Assembly (NCBI RefSeq): GCF_004010195.1
Contig: NC_057718.1
Span: 47,518,272 to 47,558,498, forward strand
Source of the DNA: Chiloscyllium plagiosum
Taxonomy: Eukaryota
Length of the DNA stretch: 40,227 bases
Reading direction: 5' to 3'
The position numbers were made by a program, and so were the translations under genes. Below are positions 1 through 11,110 of the stretch, one piece after another (position 1 is the stretch's first letter; the number at the start of each line of letters is the position of its first letter). Under the pieces are notes generated by a model, which was not told the DNA's origin, did not search any database, and worked only from the letters and a program-made list of their open reading frames with translations.

Positions 1-537
1 TTGGTTAGGTCACATTTGGAGTACTGTGTGCAGTTCTGGTTGCCTCACTTTAGGAAAGATGTGGAAGCTTTGGAGAGGGTGCAGAGAAGATTTACCAGGA
101 TGTTGCCTGGAATGGAGAGGAAGTCGTACGAGGATAGGTTGAGAGTTCTCGGCCTTTTCTCGTTGGAACGGCGAAGGATGAGGGGTGACTTGATAGAGGT
201 TTATAAGATGATCAGAGGAATAGATAGAGTAGACGGTCAGAAACTTTTTCCCCGGGTACAACAGAGTGTTACAAGGGGACATAAATTTAAGGTGAAGGGT
301 GGAAGGTATAGGGGAGATGTCAGGGGTGGGTTCTTTACCCAGAGAGTGGTGGGGGCATGGAATACGCTGCCTGTGGGAGTGGTAGAGTCAGAATCTTTGG
401 TGACCTTTAAGCGGCAATTGGATAGGTACATGGATGGGTACATGGATGGGTGCTTCAGCTAGGACAAATGTTCGGCACAACATCGTGGGCCGAAGGGCCT
501 GTTCTGTGCTGTATTGTTCTATGTTCTATGTTCTATA
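1..537 (+). mobile_element. CR1 LINE 3' end (young)
   Basis: Open ORF2 C-terminus HLEYCVQFW...LERVQRRFTRMLPG...RGDLIEVYK, with (TTCTATG)n tail. Confidence 0.95.
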
Positions 538-2198
538 GATGACAGATGGCTTCATGTGCAAATGACTTACTAATAAAACAGCATACAGCAACTGGTCTAC
601 TCTGAATCAATAGTGACCTCCAGGATTTTGAAGATGGGATATTATGTACGGAAGAGCTATGAATGCCAACGGTAGATGATTTGACTCTCTATTGTTGGAG
701 ATTACTAGTCTACACCGGAATGCTGTCCCAGTTATACTGTACATGGTCATAAACTGCTTCAATAACTTAAAAGTCATAAATGAAACTGAAGACCATGCAA
801 TCAAAGAAAATCTTCAATTCTGACCTCATGATGGACAGAACGGCAATAAATACTTATGGAGCAGAAGAGTTCAGCACCACAACCAGGATATAGTTGAGGA
901 TTCTCTTTTGGTGCTGTAGAAGATGAAAATAGTTGCACGAGAGGACTGCCCAGAGCCACTCCTGCAGTGATATGTTGGGACCAGGATGATTGGCTCCCCT
1001 AATGCTAGAGATTCACCCCTCACTGATTTCCATTAGCTTCGAGTTTGCTACATTCCTCGATGCCATATTCAGACAAATGCTGCCTTGAAGTCAAGAACAG
1101 TCATTTATACCTCACTTTCAGAGTTCAGCTCTTTTGGCCATGTTTGGACCAAGGTGGTAATGAGATTTGGAGCTGAGTGTCATTAAGAAACCAGACATGA
1201 ACATTGATGAGCAAATTATTGCCGAATAAGTGATATAACTATCGGCAGCAACTTCCATCATGATAGCAGAAAAACTGATAGGTCTGCAATTAGTTCTGGA
1301 GAGTAATTTTACATATTGTCAGATAGGTGTCAACATTGTATTTCTATTGAAACAAGTACATTGCAGCACTAGTCATCAGCACTATAGCCAGAATATTTGC
1401 TTTTGCTGTATCCAGTTTGGTCAACTGTTTCTTGCATCAGAAACTCATTTGAAATGACTAAACACTGGCAATTATGATGATAGGGTCAAAAGAAGTAGAT
1501 ACAGATGGGTCATTTGCTGGCCACTTCTGGTGACCTGGCACACAAACATATTCCTTCGAGAAGCAAAATTGGGAAATATTATTTAAACACAAAGTGAAAC
1601 TAGGAGTAAAACATAACAGAACACAGGCTTCTAAAAATGAATCCAAGACTTGGAGGCCTAGGACACCTCTACAAGCACACTTCAGTGTCCCATCTCCACA
1701 ATATTGTCCACCTTTGCTATAAACTCTATCTGCTGGTGTAACAACTCTTATCCATACTTCTGTAACTTGAAAATGTGACTATTTCAGTACTCTACTAGGG
1801 GGGCTTCCATTCTCCACTGAAACATCAATGTGTCTAAAACTCTGCTGAGCATGTCCTATTCCATCTGCCCATCACCCTTTTCCTCACTCATCTACGTTGG
1901 CTCCAAGGATTTTAACATCTCAACCCACTTCAAAATTCTGCTTTTCTATTCATGCTTCCTTTCATTTCATACTTAGCAATATGGCTTCAGCCAATGAGGC
2001 CCAACTTAGATTCTCATACGTTCTCTGGTCTCTTTTCTGACCGATTTTAAAAAAAAATCACATCTTCTAGCTCCCACTTGGCATTCACCTTCCTTGCATT
2101 GCTAATAGAACACCTCAGGTGTTTTAAAAGCTTTACTACACAGCAGCAGTGCACAAACAAGTTGTCATTATCTCAGTTTTATTTGTGCAAGAGAACTT

Positions 2199-2469
2199 GG
2201 GTGGCACAGTGGTTAGTACTGCTGCCTCACAGCGCCAGAGACCTGGGTTCAATTCCTGCCTCAGGCAACCGACTGTGTGGAGTTTGCACATTCTCCGTGT
2301 CTGCGTGGGTTTCTTCCAGGTATTCCGGTTTCCTCCAAACAGTCCAAAGATGTGCAGGTCAGGTGAATTGGCCATGCTAAATTGCCTGTAGTGTTAGGTG
2401 TAGGGGTATGGGTGGGGTTCAGTGTGGACTTGGTGGGCCTAAGGGCCTGTTTCACACTGTAAGTAATCT
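2199..2469 (+). mobile_element. tRNA-derived SINE (HE1/V-SINE-like)
   Basis: A box TGGCACAGTGG, B box GGTTCAATTCC, body gtgtggagtttgcacattctcc. A decayed partial copy lies at about 8550-8690. Confidence 0.88.
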
Positions 2470-3779
2470 TAATGCAGTCATGGAGGTTCAAACTTAAGCA
2501 ATACCCCAAGCAAACATTTCTCTGTCAGAGCTAGGGAATGCTATTCTACGATAAATCAAAACAAAAAAAAACACCCAATCCTGAAGAGTGCAAGTTGTAT
2601 GTGGAACCACAATGTGAGAGAAGATATAAATAAGACTGCAGCATTTCTTTGGACTGCATACTAAGGAAATGGACCAGTGTCAAATCCTAAAAGATTTGAA
2701 ATAGGAATCACTATAGTAAATGGAGGGAAAAAAGCACAGACTGATCATAGTCTATAAAATATGGAATGAACTGGTCAGAATTAATAGAAAGAAGAACCTG
2801 GCACATCCCAGCAACATCAAAATGCATATCTATTCACAAGCTATAAACATCTATTTCCAATACAATGCATCAATGTTTCTCCCTAAAGACAATCCCATAA
2901 TGAAACAAAGTTACAAAAGAAACCCATCACATACTCATTATTTAAAGTCTTTCAAATCATAGAATAAAATGATTAGGAAGAGACCCCCGGCCCATCAAGT
3001 CTTTACCACCAGAGCTACACTACTAGGCTCATAGACTTTTAAAAAAGGCTTGGATGAGCACTTGGAGTGTCTGACATTCAAGGCAATTCAAGTGCTCATC
3101 CAAGTACTTTTAAAATATTCTTTGTTTCCCATCTAAATATCCTCCCAGGGAATGCATTCCAAAACCCCCATCACTCTGGATGAAGTCATTCACTGGGTAC
3201 TCCCTGTCTTTCTCCTTCTTCCAAAGTGCATCACCTTATCAGTGTTAAATTCCATCAGCCCAATTGATTTATAGTTTCCTGTAACTTAAAATCTTCCTCA
3301 CTGTGAATGGCCAATGTTCATATCATTGTAAACTTATTACCACCACCTCCTTCCCAACATCCCCCAACCCCCAAAACTCCCACAGCTAGATTGTGCCTGG
3401 TTTATATGAGCAAAACCCATATAAAATGACAAGATGAATATTGTGAATGTAGACAACTATAACTGGAACTGGGGAAGATGATTTTGCTAAGATAATTGAC
3501 AAATAAATAATACACACCATGATGAATTAATCAACTAATTAGCTTCATTACAAAAGGAGAACGTTGTGTATAAAGATTTAAAATTTGGTGGCTGGACATA
3601 AGTGACAGTTGTACTTATTTGTATTTCAGTTTAAAAAGTTAGCTTTGCTTATTATTGTAGGCCTACAATAAAAAGTTACCATGGTAACAGTTTGTTGCTA
3701 TCTGCAGTGCAGTTTATGTTCATTATAAATTGATAATGAACTATTAATTGAGAAATATTTGAGTGGGTACAAACCATAG

Positions 3780-4349
3780 AAAGTTAAAAATCACAACAGG
3801 CTATCACCAGCTTTTGGAGCACTGCTCCTTCATCAGGTGTTTGTGTCCATTGCTGTCATTTGTATGTCCACAAACACCTAATGAAGGAGAAATGTTCCAA
3901 AAGCTGGTACTTAAACATAGAACGTTACAGGTCCTTTGGTTTCACAGGTTGACGCAACAATCTGAAGCCCATCTATCTATCCTAACTATTCTATTCTTGT
4001 CCATATGCCTGTTCAATGACCATGTAAATACCCTTAAAGTTGACGAGTCTACTACTGTTGCAGGCAGTTCGTTCCACACCCCTATTACTCCGAGAAAAGA
4101 AAATACCTCTGACATCTGTCCTATATCTATCACTCTTCAATTTAAAACTATGTTACCGCATGCTAGCCATTGCCACCAGAGGAAATTGGTTCTCACTGTC
4201 CAACCCCCTAATTCTCTTATATGTCTCAATTAAAATCATCTCTCAAACTTCTTCTCTCTAATGAAAACAGCCTCAAGTCTCTTAGCTTGGACTTTGTGTG
4301 ATTTTTAACTTTGTCCACCCCAGTCCAACACCGGCTCCTCCAAATCATA
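3780..4349 (+). mobile_element. Family B Penelope-type foldback element with decayed hammerhead cores, interrupted by an antisense CR1 3' fragment (about 3915-4288)
   Basis: Inverted arms accagcttttggagcactgctccttcatcaggtg / cacctaatgaaggagaaatgttccaaaagctggt; tail tgtgtgatttttaactttgtccaccccagtccaacaccggc. Flanks caaaccatagaaagtta (3770-3786) / caaatcataaaaagtta (4341-4357). Confidence 0.75.
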
Positions 4350-4493
4350 AAAAGTTACACTTGCAAAGTAATGGAATGACACAGTAATTAATCAGAGACC
4401 TTGCAAAACATTACTAAAACCTCTGAAGAAATACCGATTTAAAGCAGAAAGAAATGTTCGTTAAATAGTTCACTAACGAGGTATTTTATTCAC

Positions 4494-4655
4494 CTCTTCT
4501 CCATTGTATTTGGCCAATTCAGTGTCGGTAAACAGGCGGACAGCTGTCTGCGGAGGTGAACCTTTAAATGTGATTTTTTCTCCAAACAGCACATTTAAAC
4601 CGAGCAGACTAATGAGAACAACACAGGCACAGCGTCTAACTGCAGGAAACGACAT
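4494..4655 (-). CDS. NENF: Neudesin neurotrophic factor (secreted cytochrome b5-like heme/steroid-binding protein), coding exon 1
   Basis: ATG at 4655 gives 54 codons: MSFPAVRRCACVVLISLLGLNVLFG (signal-peptide-like) EKITFKGSPPQTAVRLFTDTELAKYNGEE, resembling human neudesin PPVRLFTEEELARYGGEE. It ends at a phase-0 donor GAG|GTGAAT. No downstream exon was recognised in 1-4493. Confidence 0.9.
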
Positions 4656-4744
4656 ACTCTCGCCTCCCACAAACTTCCTCACGCTGTCAACACAGGAAAC
4701 AACTTCAACACACAGACGCTCCCCGCCCGGTCCCCAGATCTGCG

Positions 4745-5031
4745 CTGTCAATCAACCAACTAGCCAATAGATAACCGGAAGGCTCAACCAATAAACAGCC
4801 GCCAAACAACAACTATAAAAATGCGCAGGTGCATAACAGACAACCAATAGGAACCAGCCCCTCGCCGCAGCAGACCAACAGAAAAAAAACACGCTATAAA
4901 CTACCAATAGAAAACAAGTCCCTCACCACAGACAGCTATTAGGAAAATCAACCTCTTACCGCAGTTAGCCAATGGGAAATCAGCATCATTCGGCAGCCAA
5001 CCAATGGGAAATCGACCCTCAACCGCAGATA
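4745..5031 (-). promoter_or_regulatory. NENF promoter: CCAAT-box array with ETS and NRF1-like sites
   Basis: CCAAT at 4764, 4788, 4844, 4904, 4969 and 5001; CCGGAA at 4775; TGCGCAGGTGCA at 4822. CpG-enriched and immediately upstream of the NENF ATG. Confidence 0.7.
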
Positions 5032-5068
5032 AAATCGACGTTTCGGGCAAAAGCCCTTCATCAGGAAT
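5031..5068 (-). ncRNA. Minimal hammerhead ribozyme motif (intact core, opposite strand)
   Basis: Reverse complement reads auuc-CUGAUGA-A-GGGCUUUUGCCC-GAAA-CG-UC-gauuuu. Confidence 0.7.
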
Positions 5069-5209
5069 ATACCTGGAATATACCTGATGAAGGGCTTTTG
5101 CCCGAAACGTCGATTTTGCTGCTCGTCGGATGCTGCCTGAATTGCTGTGCTCTTCCAGCACCATTGATCCAGAATCTGGTTTCCAGCATCTGCAGTCATT
5201 GTTTTTACC
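5032..5209 (+). mobile_element. Short non-autonomous Penelope-type foldback element (family A) with two hammerhead cores
   Basis: Perfect 35-bp inverted repeat 5031-5065/5083-5117, followed by the family tail ending gtttttacc. Direct repeat cctcaaccgcagata at 5017-5031 and 5208-5222. Confidence 0.85.
5083..5117 (+). ncRNA. Minimal hammerhead ribozyme motif (intact core)
   Basis: CUGAUGA (5084-5090), extra A, stem II GGGC-UUUU-GCCC, GAAA, palindromic ACGU, GUC cleavage triplet ending at 5111. Stem I is very weak. Confidence 0.7.
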
Positions 5210-5379
5210 TCAACCGCAGATAGACAGGAGGATACCAGATCCCCACTGCAAATGCAGGAATTTTGCCTCAATTCTGCTATTTTTCTACTTGTTATGTTTC
5301 TGGTGATGGACCCTTCTTCTTATGGAAAAAGAGCCTTCCTATCCAGTTTACATCCACCTCTGTCTGGTCCCTTGTCAAC

Positions 5380-6960
5380 CTCAGCTGTTGGAAGGAAAGC
5401 AATCTCTGCCTATCCCATCTTTCTCGGCTGAGACCCTCTAGCCCAGGTAGGTCTGGTAAATCTCCACTGCACCCTCTCTCATGCAAAACACATCCTTTGT
5501 TGCATGTGCTAACCAGAACTGCATACAATACTCCTTTGTGTTTAACCAGAGTTTTATGCAGTTAGTGGTGTTTTATACATAACCACTTTACATTTGATAC
5601 GTTCCCCATCATTTTTATTTTCTCTATGGACTGTGAATGACATGCAGAAGTCATCATATTGGCACAGAGATGGGCAGTAATAAAAGCCAATAACCCATAT
5701 ACATTCTCAACCACCTTGTCTACCTGGTAAAAACAATGACTGCAGATGCTGGAAACCAGATTCTGGATCAGTGGTGCTGGAAGAGCACAGCAATTCAGGC
5801 AGCGTCCGACGAGCAGCAAAATCCTTATTTACCTACCCTGCCACCTTCAGGGATCATGAATATGGTTACCAAGATCTGCCTATTCTTTGGTACTTTCCAA
5901 GATCTGACCATTCATGGTGCATCTATTGTTTTGTTAGCCTTCCCAAGTACATTACCTCACAATTATCCTGGTTACATTTCATTTAGCACTGTTCTGCCCA
6001 TCCGACTAGTTTGTTGATATCTTGCTGCAGTTTAAGGCTATCCTGTGTTTACTATCCTGCAAATGCTTGTGCCATCTGCAAACTTCTTGATCAAATCGCC
6101 TACATTTAAATCCATATTATTAATGTATACCACAAACAGCAAGAGCCCCAGCACTAAGCCTTGCAGAACCCCACTAGAAACAGACTTGCAGTCACTCTCT
6201 GCTGCCTGCAATGAATTTTGAATCCAACATGCCACTTTGCTTTGGGTTATATGGGCTCTTTCTTGACCAGTTACTATAATAAATATTATCAAAAGATTAT
6301 CATAATCAACATTCCTGGTATTTGTTCCCAAAGTTTAATCAAATTTGTCAAATATGATATTCCCTTAACAAATCAATGCTGTTAATCTCTGATTAATCCA
6401 TGTCTCTCCAAGTAGATATATTCTGTCCCTGAACATTCTTTCTAATAACTTCCCCACCACTGCAGTTAGATTGAATGGCTTGCAATTTCCCAATCTATCC
6501 CTTGTTCCCTTTTTTTAAACAATGGACAATGTGAGCTGTTCTCTAGTTCTGCGGCACCCCATATGTGGCCAGAGAGGATTTGAAAATTAATGCCACGGCC
6601 CTTGATATCTCCTTCCTTGCTTCCCACATCATCTCATCCAGGCCTTCAGACTTATCAACAGCTAAACCCTGTCCTACCCCCTCTTTCTCTCTCTATGTTA
6701 ATTTATTGTAATATTTCAGTCATCTGCCTGCATCATGTTTCTCCATTGTGAAGACTGCAATTAAAGTATTTACTGAGGACTCTGGCCACATTTTCTGGGT
6801 CCAAACATAGACTACCTCTATAATCCCCAATGGCTCCTACTCTTTTTCTAGTTAATTTCTTGCTATTTATATGTTTAAAAAATCCATGTTTTGTGATTTC
6901 CTTTATTATACTCAAGCGCTTTTTTGCTTTCTTTTAATTTTCTTTTTAAGTTCTTCTGTA
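5380..6960 (-). mobile_element. Degenerate antisense CR1 ORF2 fragments
   Basis: Minus-strand SGVLQGLVLGLLLFVVYINNMD...KFADGT and FFKHINSKKLTRKRVG. Confidence 0.8.
5726..5823 (-). mobile_element. Family A Penelope-type tail, 98 bp, inserted in an old antisense CR1
   Basis: 96/98 identical to the reverse complement of 5112-5209. Imperfect flanking repeat ccttgtctacct (5714-5725) / ccttatttacct (5823-5834). Confidence 0.85.
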
Positions 6961-9225
6961 CCTTTTATGCTCTTGAGGATTAGGCTCACCAGCCACATGA
7001 GGATCCACAGAACCCAAGACCAGTAACATGGAATTTCCAAGGTGAATAATTATATTATCTAGCCTGTGATTACTGATGATATTGAGTTGCATTGAAGGCA
7101 GGACAGAGGAGATTCACGAGATTGATTCCAGAGCTGAAGGACCTGTCTTATAAGGAGAGAAAGAGAGCGAGAGTGAGAGATAGCATTGCTGCGTTGCAAG
7201 CCTCTCCACAAATGAGCAATCTTCAAGTCTGAGGCAAAACAGAAATCAAAAGTCCAGTGGCTGTTGCCAAGAAAACTTCAGCACCAGGCCTCCTTCCAAA
7301 ACTCAGTCTGTTTGTTCTAGCAATTTAGGTAATAAAACAACCCCTTATTTCTCTTTTAAAAGCTTTTTCCCCTACATCTCCTGGCCTTTTGTAAACAGCA
7401 GACAATCCCAGTTTTTTTTATTTCCTCAGTCTAAAATGTCACATGTTTACCATGGAAACAATAGGCTAGAGGGCCTTTTCCCATGCTGTTAAAAATGCTG
7501 ACCCCCACCTGTGAGGTATTAAATAGTAGCTGCACCTCAGCTGTGTATGGGGTAAAATATTATTTAAAATATTATCGAAATCTAGTCTTTAGAGAGGATC
7601 TACTTAAGGTTAGGGAATGTGAATCTTCTATTTGTCTCAGGTTTGAGAAAGACAATGCATGGAGGTCACTACACCTTCCCTAAGCAGAAGTAAATAACAA
7701 ACACGGAGATATTGTTAATATCACCTGCTCCAATCTGAAGGGATCAAACAGAAAATCATTTAGGCTTAGACTGAGACATGTGGAAGATTTCAATAAGAAA
7801 ATCCTTAGTGAGGTGGCAATATCTAACCGAATGTTCCTTACTGAGGTTAAAGTTGTAGAATTTCTCCCTGAAGATCCTGAGTGAACCTGGCCTCCTGCTG
7901 AGAGCCCTTCTCGCCCCCCTTCACCTCTCTCTATTCCAGCAGCATAGCCTGCTGTCTGTTGCCTGTGCTTATCCTCTGATTATGCTGAAATCCAATGGGA
8001 ATGCATACAACTGTGCCCATGAATAGGGCTTAGATGTTTGGATAGAATTCTTGAATTCAAATATCTTTAGCAGCTGTTACAGCACTCCCTACAGACTTTG
8101 GCCATAACAAGATAGCTGGAGAAATCTTTAAACACTACTACCAAAGCTGTAACAGTGAGTAAAGATTTGTCAGCATCTAGTTTGTAAGTATTGAGAACCT
8201 AATTAAAAACTGGCAATGTGTTTTTCTCTTGGGATTGCTAGCAGCTTGGCACCATTTTGATAAATTGATCTTCGTATTCTGCATATTTTTAGCAGAAGTT
8301 CCCTACCTGCTCACTAATGCCGTCAACAAAATAGCAAATAGTGTGACTCACACAGAAAGTTGCTCGAGTGTTGTGGATACCACTTGCAGCCAAAATTGTA
8401 TTTGTAATTCTATAAAAGTGGGCACTAAGGAGCTGAACTTTGCATAAAGAAAATACTGGAGTATAAAGCGCCAAGATTAGATTTTTTTGAGGCCAAAACA
8501 GAGGGTCTCTTCAAAATAAAATTGTTTAATTATATCTTTGCTTCAGGGAGCATAGTTGGTCAGTAATCACCGCCATTGCCTCACAGCACCAGGGATCCAG
8601 GTTTGATTCCACCCTGGGTAACTGCCTGTGAGGAGTTGTAAATTCTCCGTACGTCTGCATGGGATTCCTCCTACTGTCCAAAGATGTGTAAGTTATTATA
8701 CCTTTTAATAATTAATTACCCCTAATTTAAAGCTCAGAAACAAGTTGTTTAACCAAACAGTCAATAGCAATGCCTGAATTCTCCAGTCAAATTTGCTCCC
8801 ACCCTACTTTATCTTACCCTATCTTATCCTTCTATTTCTTTCTCTCTCCTGTGCTTATGTAGGTTCTTCTTAATTGTTTCTGCATAACTGCTTTAACCAC
8901 TCCGTGTTGTTACAAGTTCCACAGTCTAACCACTCCTTGGATGGTTAAAATGTCTTGAATCTCTAATTAATTATTTTTCAAAATTTATGCTTTATTCATA
9001 AAATTACTAAGTACATGACATATATATCAAAATTGGACTTTACATACAATGAAACATGGTTTCTGTCATTATTGTATGTGGTAAATATCCCTAATGAATT
9101 TATTATGAGTCTGTATTTATGGTCATAAGTTTTCAACTTTCACGTAGTGGTAATATATAGGAACGTAGGAACAGGAGAAGGCCATTTAGCCCTTCAAGAG
9201 GCCATTCAATTAAGTTGAATGTCAT

Positions 9226-9366
9226 GATTAGAGTGGTGCTAGAAAAGCACAGCAGGTCAGGCAGCATTTAAGGAGCAGGAAAATCGACATTTCGGGCAAA
9301 AGCCCTTCATTCCACCACTCGCATCTTGACTCTAATCTCCAGCATCTGCAGTACCCACTTTCGCCT
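9226..9366 (+). mobile_element. Family A Penelope-type element (inverted 5' arm plus sense tail)
   Basis: Inverted arm gattagagtggtgctagaaaagc...gacatttcgggcaaaagcccttcat, then tail ccagcatctgcagtacccactttcgcct. Imperfect flanks aattaagttgaatg / aattaaattaaatg. Confidence 0.75.
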
Positions 9367-9480
9367 AATTAAATTAAATGGCTGATCTGTGGCCTAACTC
9401 CACATGCATACCTTTGGTTCAGAAAAAAACAAAAATGTATCTATCTCAGATGTAAAATTAACACTGATCTAGCATTTACA

Positions 9481-9648
9481 GTCATAGAGTAATAGAGATA
9501 TTCAGCATGGAAATAGACTCTTTGGTCAAACTCATCCATGCCAACCAGATATCCTATATAAATCTAGTCCTATTCACATACCCATCCAGATGCCTTTTAA
9601 ATGTTGTAATTGTACCAGCCTCCACCACTTCCTCTAGTAGCTCATTCC
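9481..9648 (-). mobile_element. CR1 3' end fragment (CTATGACT-tail subfamily)
   Basis: gtcatagagtaatagag tail and similarity to 32858-33410. Confidence 0.8.
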
Positions 9649-10384
9649 ATCTCCCCTGTTGTGAGCTCCCCCACATAGGTTTCTCCTGTGAATTTCATTG
9701 CTTATTTTTCTTAGACTAACTCCATGTCCAGAGGTACTTGAAATCAAACAGCAGAGGCAGTAGTTGTGGAGGTTCACTGCTGGGTCAGACAGCAGGTTCC
9801 TCTGTTGATTGACTTCCCACCATGTGGTCACTACCTTTGTCTCCTTTCCTCATTTTTAAGGTGTTGTTTTGATCCCTGGAAATACCTTTAAAAAGGAGCA
9901 GCTCTTACAGTCATAAGTTTTTTCTTCCCTCCATGTTTTGTTGAAGCTCTAAAGTTCTACCACCTTTTGTATACAGAAGTGCTTTCTAACATCTCTCCTG
10001 AACGGTCTGGTCTTATTCTCAGGCTATGACTAGTTTTAGAATTCTCAAAAAGTGGCAATAGTTTATTTTTTATCTATCCTGTCTTTTCTGGTTAATATCT
10101 TCAAGACTTTGATCAGGTCACCCCTTAACCTTATAAATTCTGGAGAGAACAGATTAGTCTCTCCTCATAGCTTAATCCCTGAAGTCCAGGTAGCATTATT
10201 GTAAACCTATGTTATACTTGCTCAAAGGACAATGCATCCATTCTAAAGTGTAGTGCACAGATTCACAGTACTTCAAATGGGCATAATTCTGCACCCTTTA
10301 CTCCAGTCCTCTTGGTATAAAGGCCAACATTCCAATGGCCTCCTTGGTTATTTTCTGCACTTGTTTGTGGTATTTTAAAGATTA

Positions 10385-10643
10385 GATCATAGAATATAGA
10401 ACAATACAGCACAGAACAGGCCCTTCGGCCCACGATGTTGTGCCGAACATTTGTCCTAGCTTAAGCACCCATCCATGTACCTATCCAATTGCCGCTTAAA
10501 GGTCACCAAAGATTCTGACTCTACCACTCCCACTCCCTACCATTCCATGCCCCCACCACTCTCTGGGTAAAGAACCCACCCCTGACATCTCCCCTATACC
10601 TTCCACCCTTCACCTTAAATTTATGTCCCCTTGTAACACTCTG
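10385..10643 (-). mobile_element. CR1 3' end, same subfamily as 1-537, nested in an older antisense CR1 (about 9160-10870)
   Basis: Near-identical reverse complement of about 262-530. Confidence 0.9.
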
Positions 10644-10875
10644 TCCCCTTGATACACCTGAAAGTCCAAGTTTGTTTGGATATACACTGTATCTGTCTAG
10701 AGAGTACCTATCCTTTTACAGTCCAACTGGATAACCTCACATTTGCTTACATTGAAATCCATCTGCCACAGTTTTGCCCATTCACCAGGTCTATCAATAT
10801 TCCTTTGTAATTTTATGTTATCACCTACAGTGTCTACAATGCTGCCTAACTTTGTCATCAGTAAATTTGGATGTA

Positions 10876-11110
10876 TGGTCACTGGGTGAATGTTGGCTCC
10901 CCCTGGTATTGGTCACTGGGTGAGTGTTGGACTCCCCCTGGCATTGGTCACTGGGTGAGTGTTGGACTCCCTCGGCATTGGTCACTGGGTGAATGCTGGA
11001 CTTCCTCGGTATTGGTCACTGGGTGAATGTTGGGCTTCCTCGGTATTGGTCACTGAGTGAATGCTGGCTCCCCTGTTATTGGTCACTGGGTGAGTGTTGG
11101 ACTCCCCCGG
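10876..11110 (+). repeat. Minisatellite, about 7 copies of a 33-35 bp unit (ggYATTGGtcactgggtgaRtgYtggRctYcct), upstream of PACC1
   Basis: Tandem units are directly visible; ATTGG at 10908, 10943, 10977, 11011, 11045 and 11078. Confidence 0.95.

Noticed and set aside
2199..2260. tRNA gene
   Set aside because: The A/B boxes continue into a SINE body, with a second copy at 35105-35423.
1..4493. NENF exon 2 (PIYxAVKGVVFDVT)
   Set aside because: Not found by eye; it probably lies outside the window.
4656..4751. N-terminal extension of NENF from the ORF track
   Set aside because: It begins at a non-ATG codon; the ATG at 4655 directly precedes a signal-peptide-like segment.
5031..5117. Rho-independent terminator or MITE with terminal inverted repeats
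   Set aside because: The DNA is eukaryotic, the inverted repeat is not terminal, arm length varies between copies, and the long TSD fits retrotransposition.
7510..8546. Possible solo LTR between the genes
   Set aside because: TG...CA ends are plausible, but there is no TSD and no second copy in the window.
10876..11110. CRISPR-like array
   Set aside because: Units are contiguous with no unique spacers, there are no cas genes, and the context is vertebrate.
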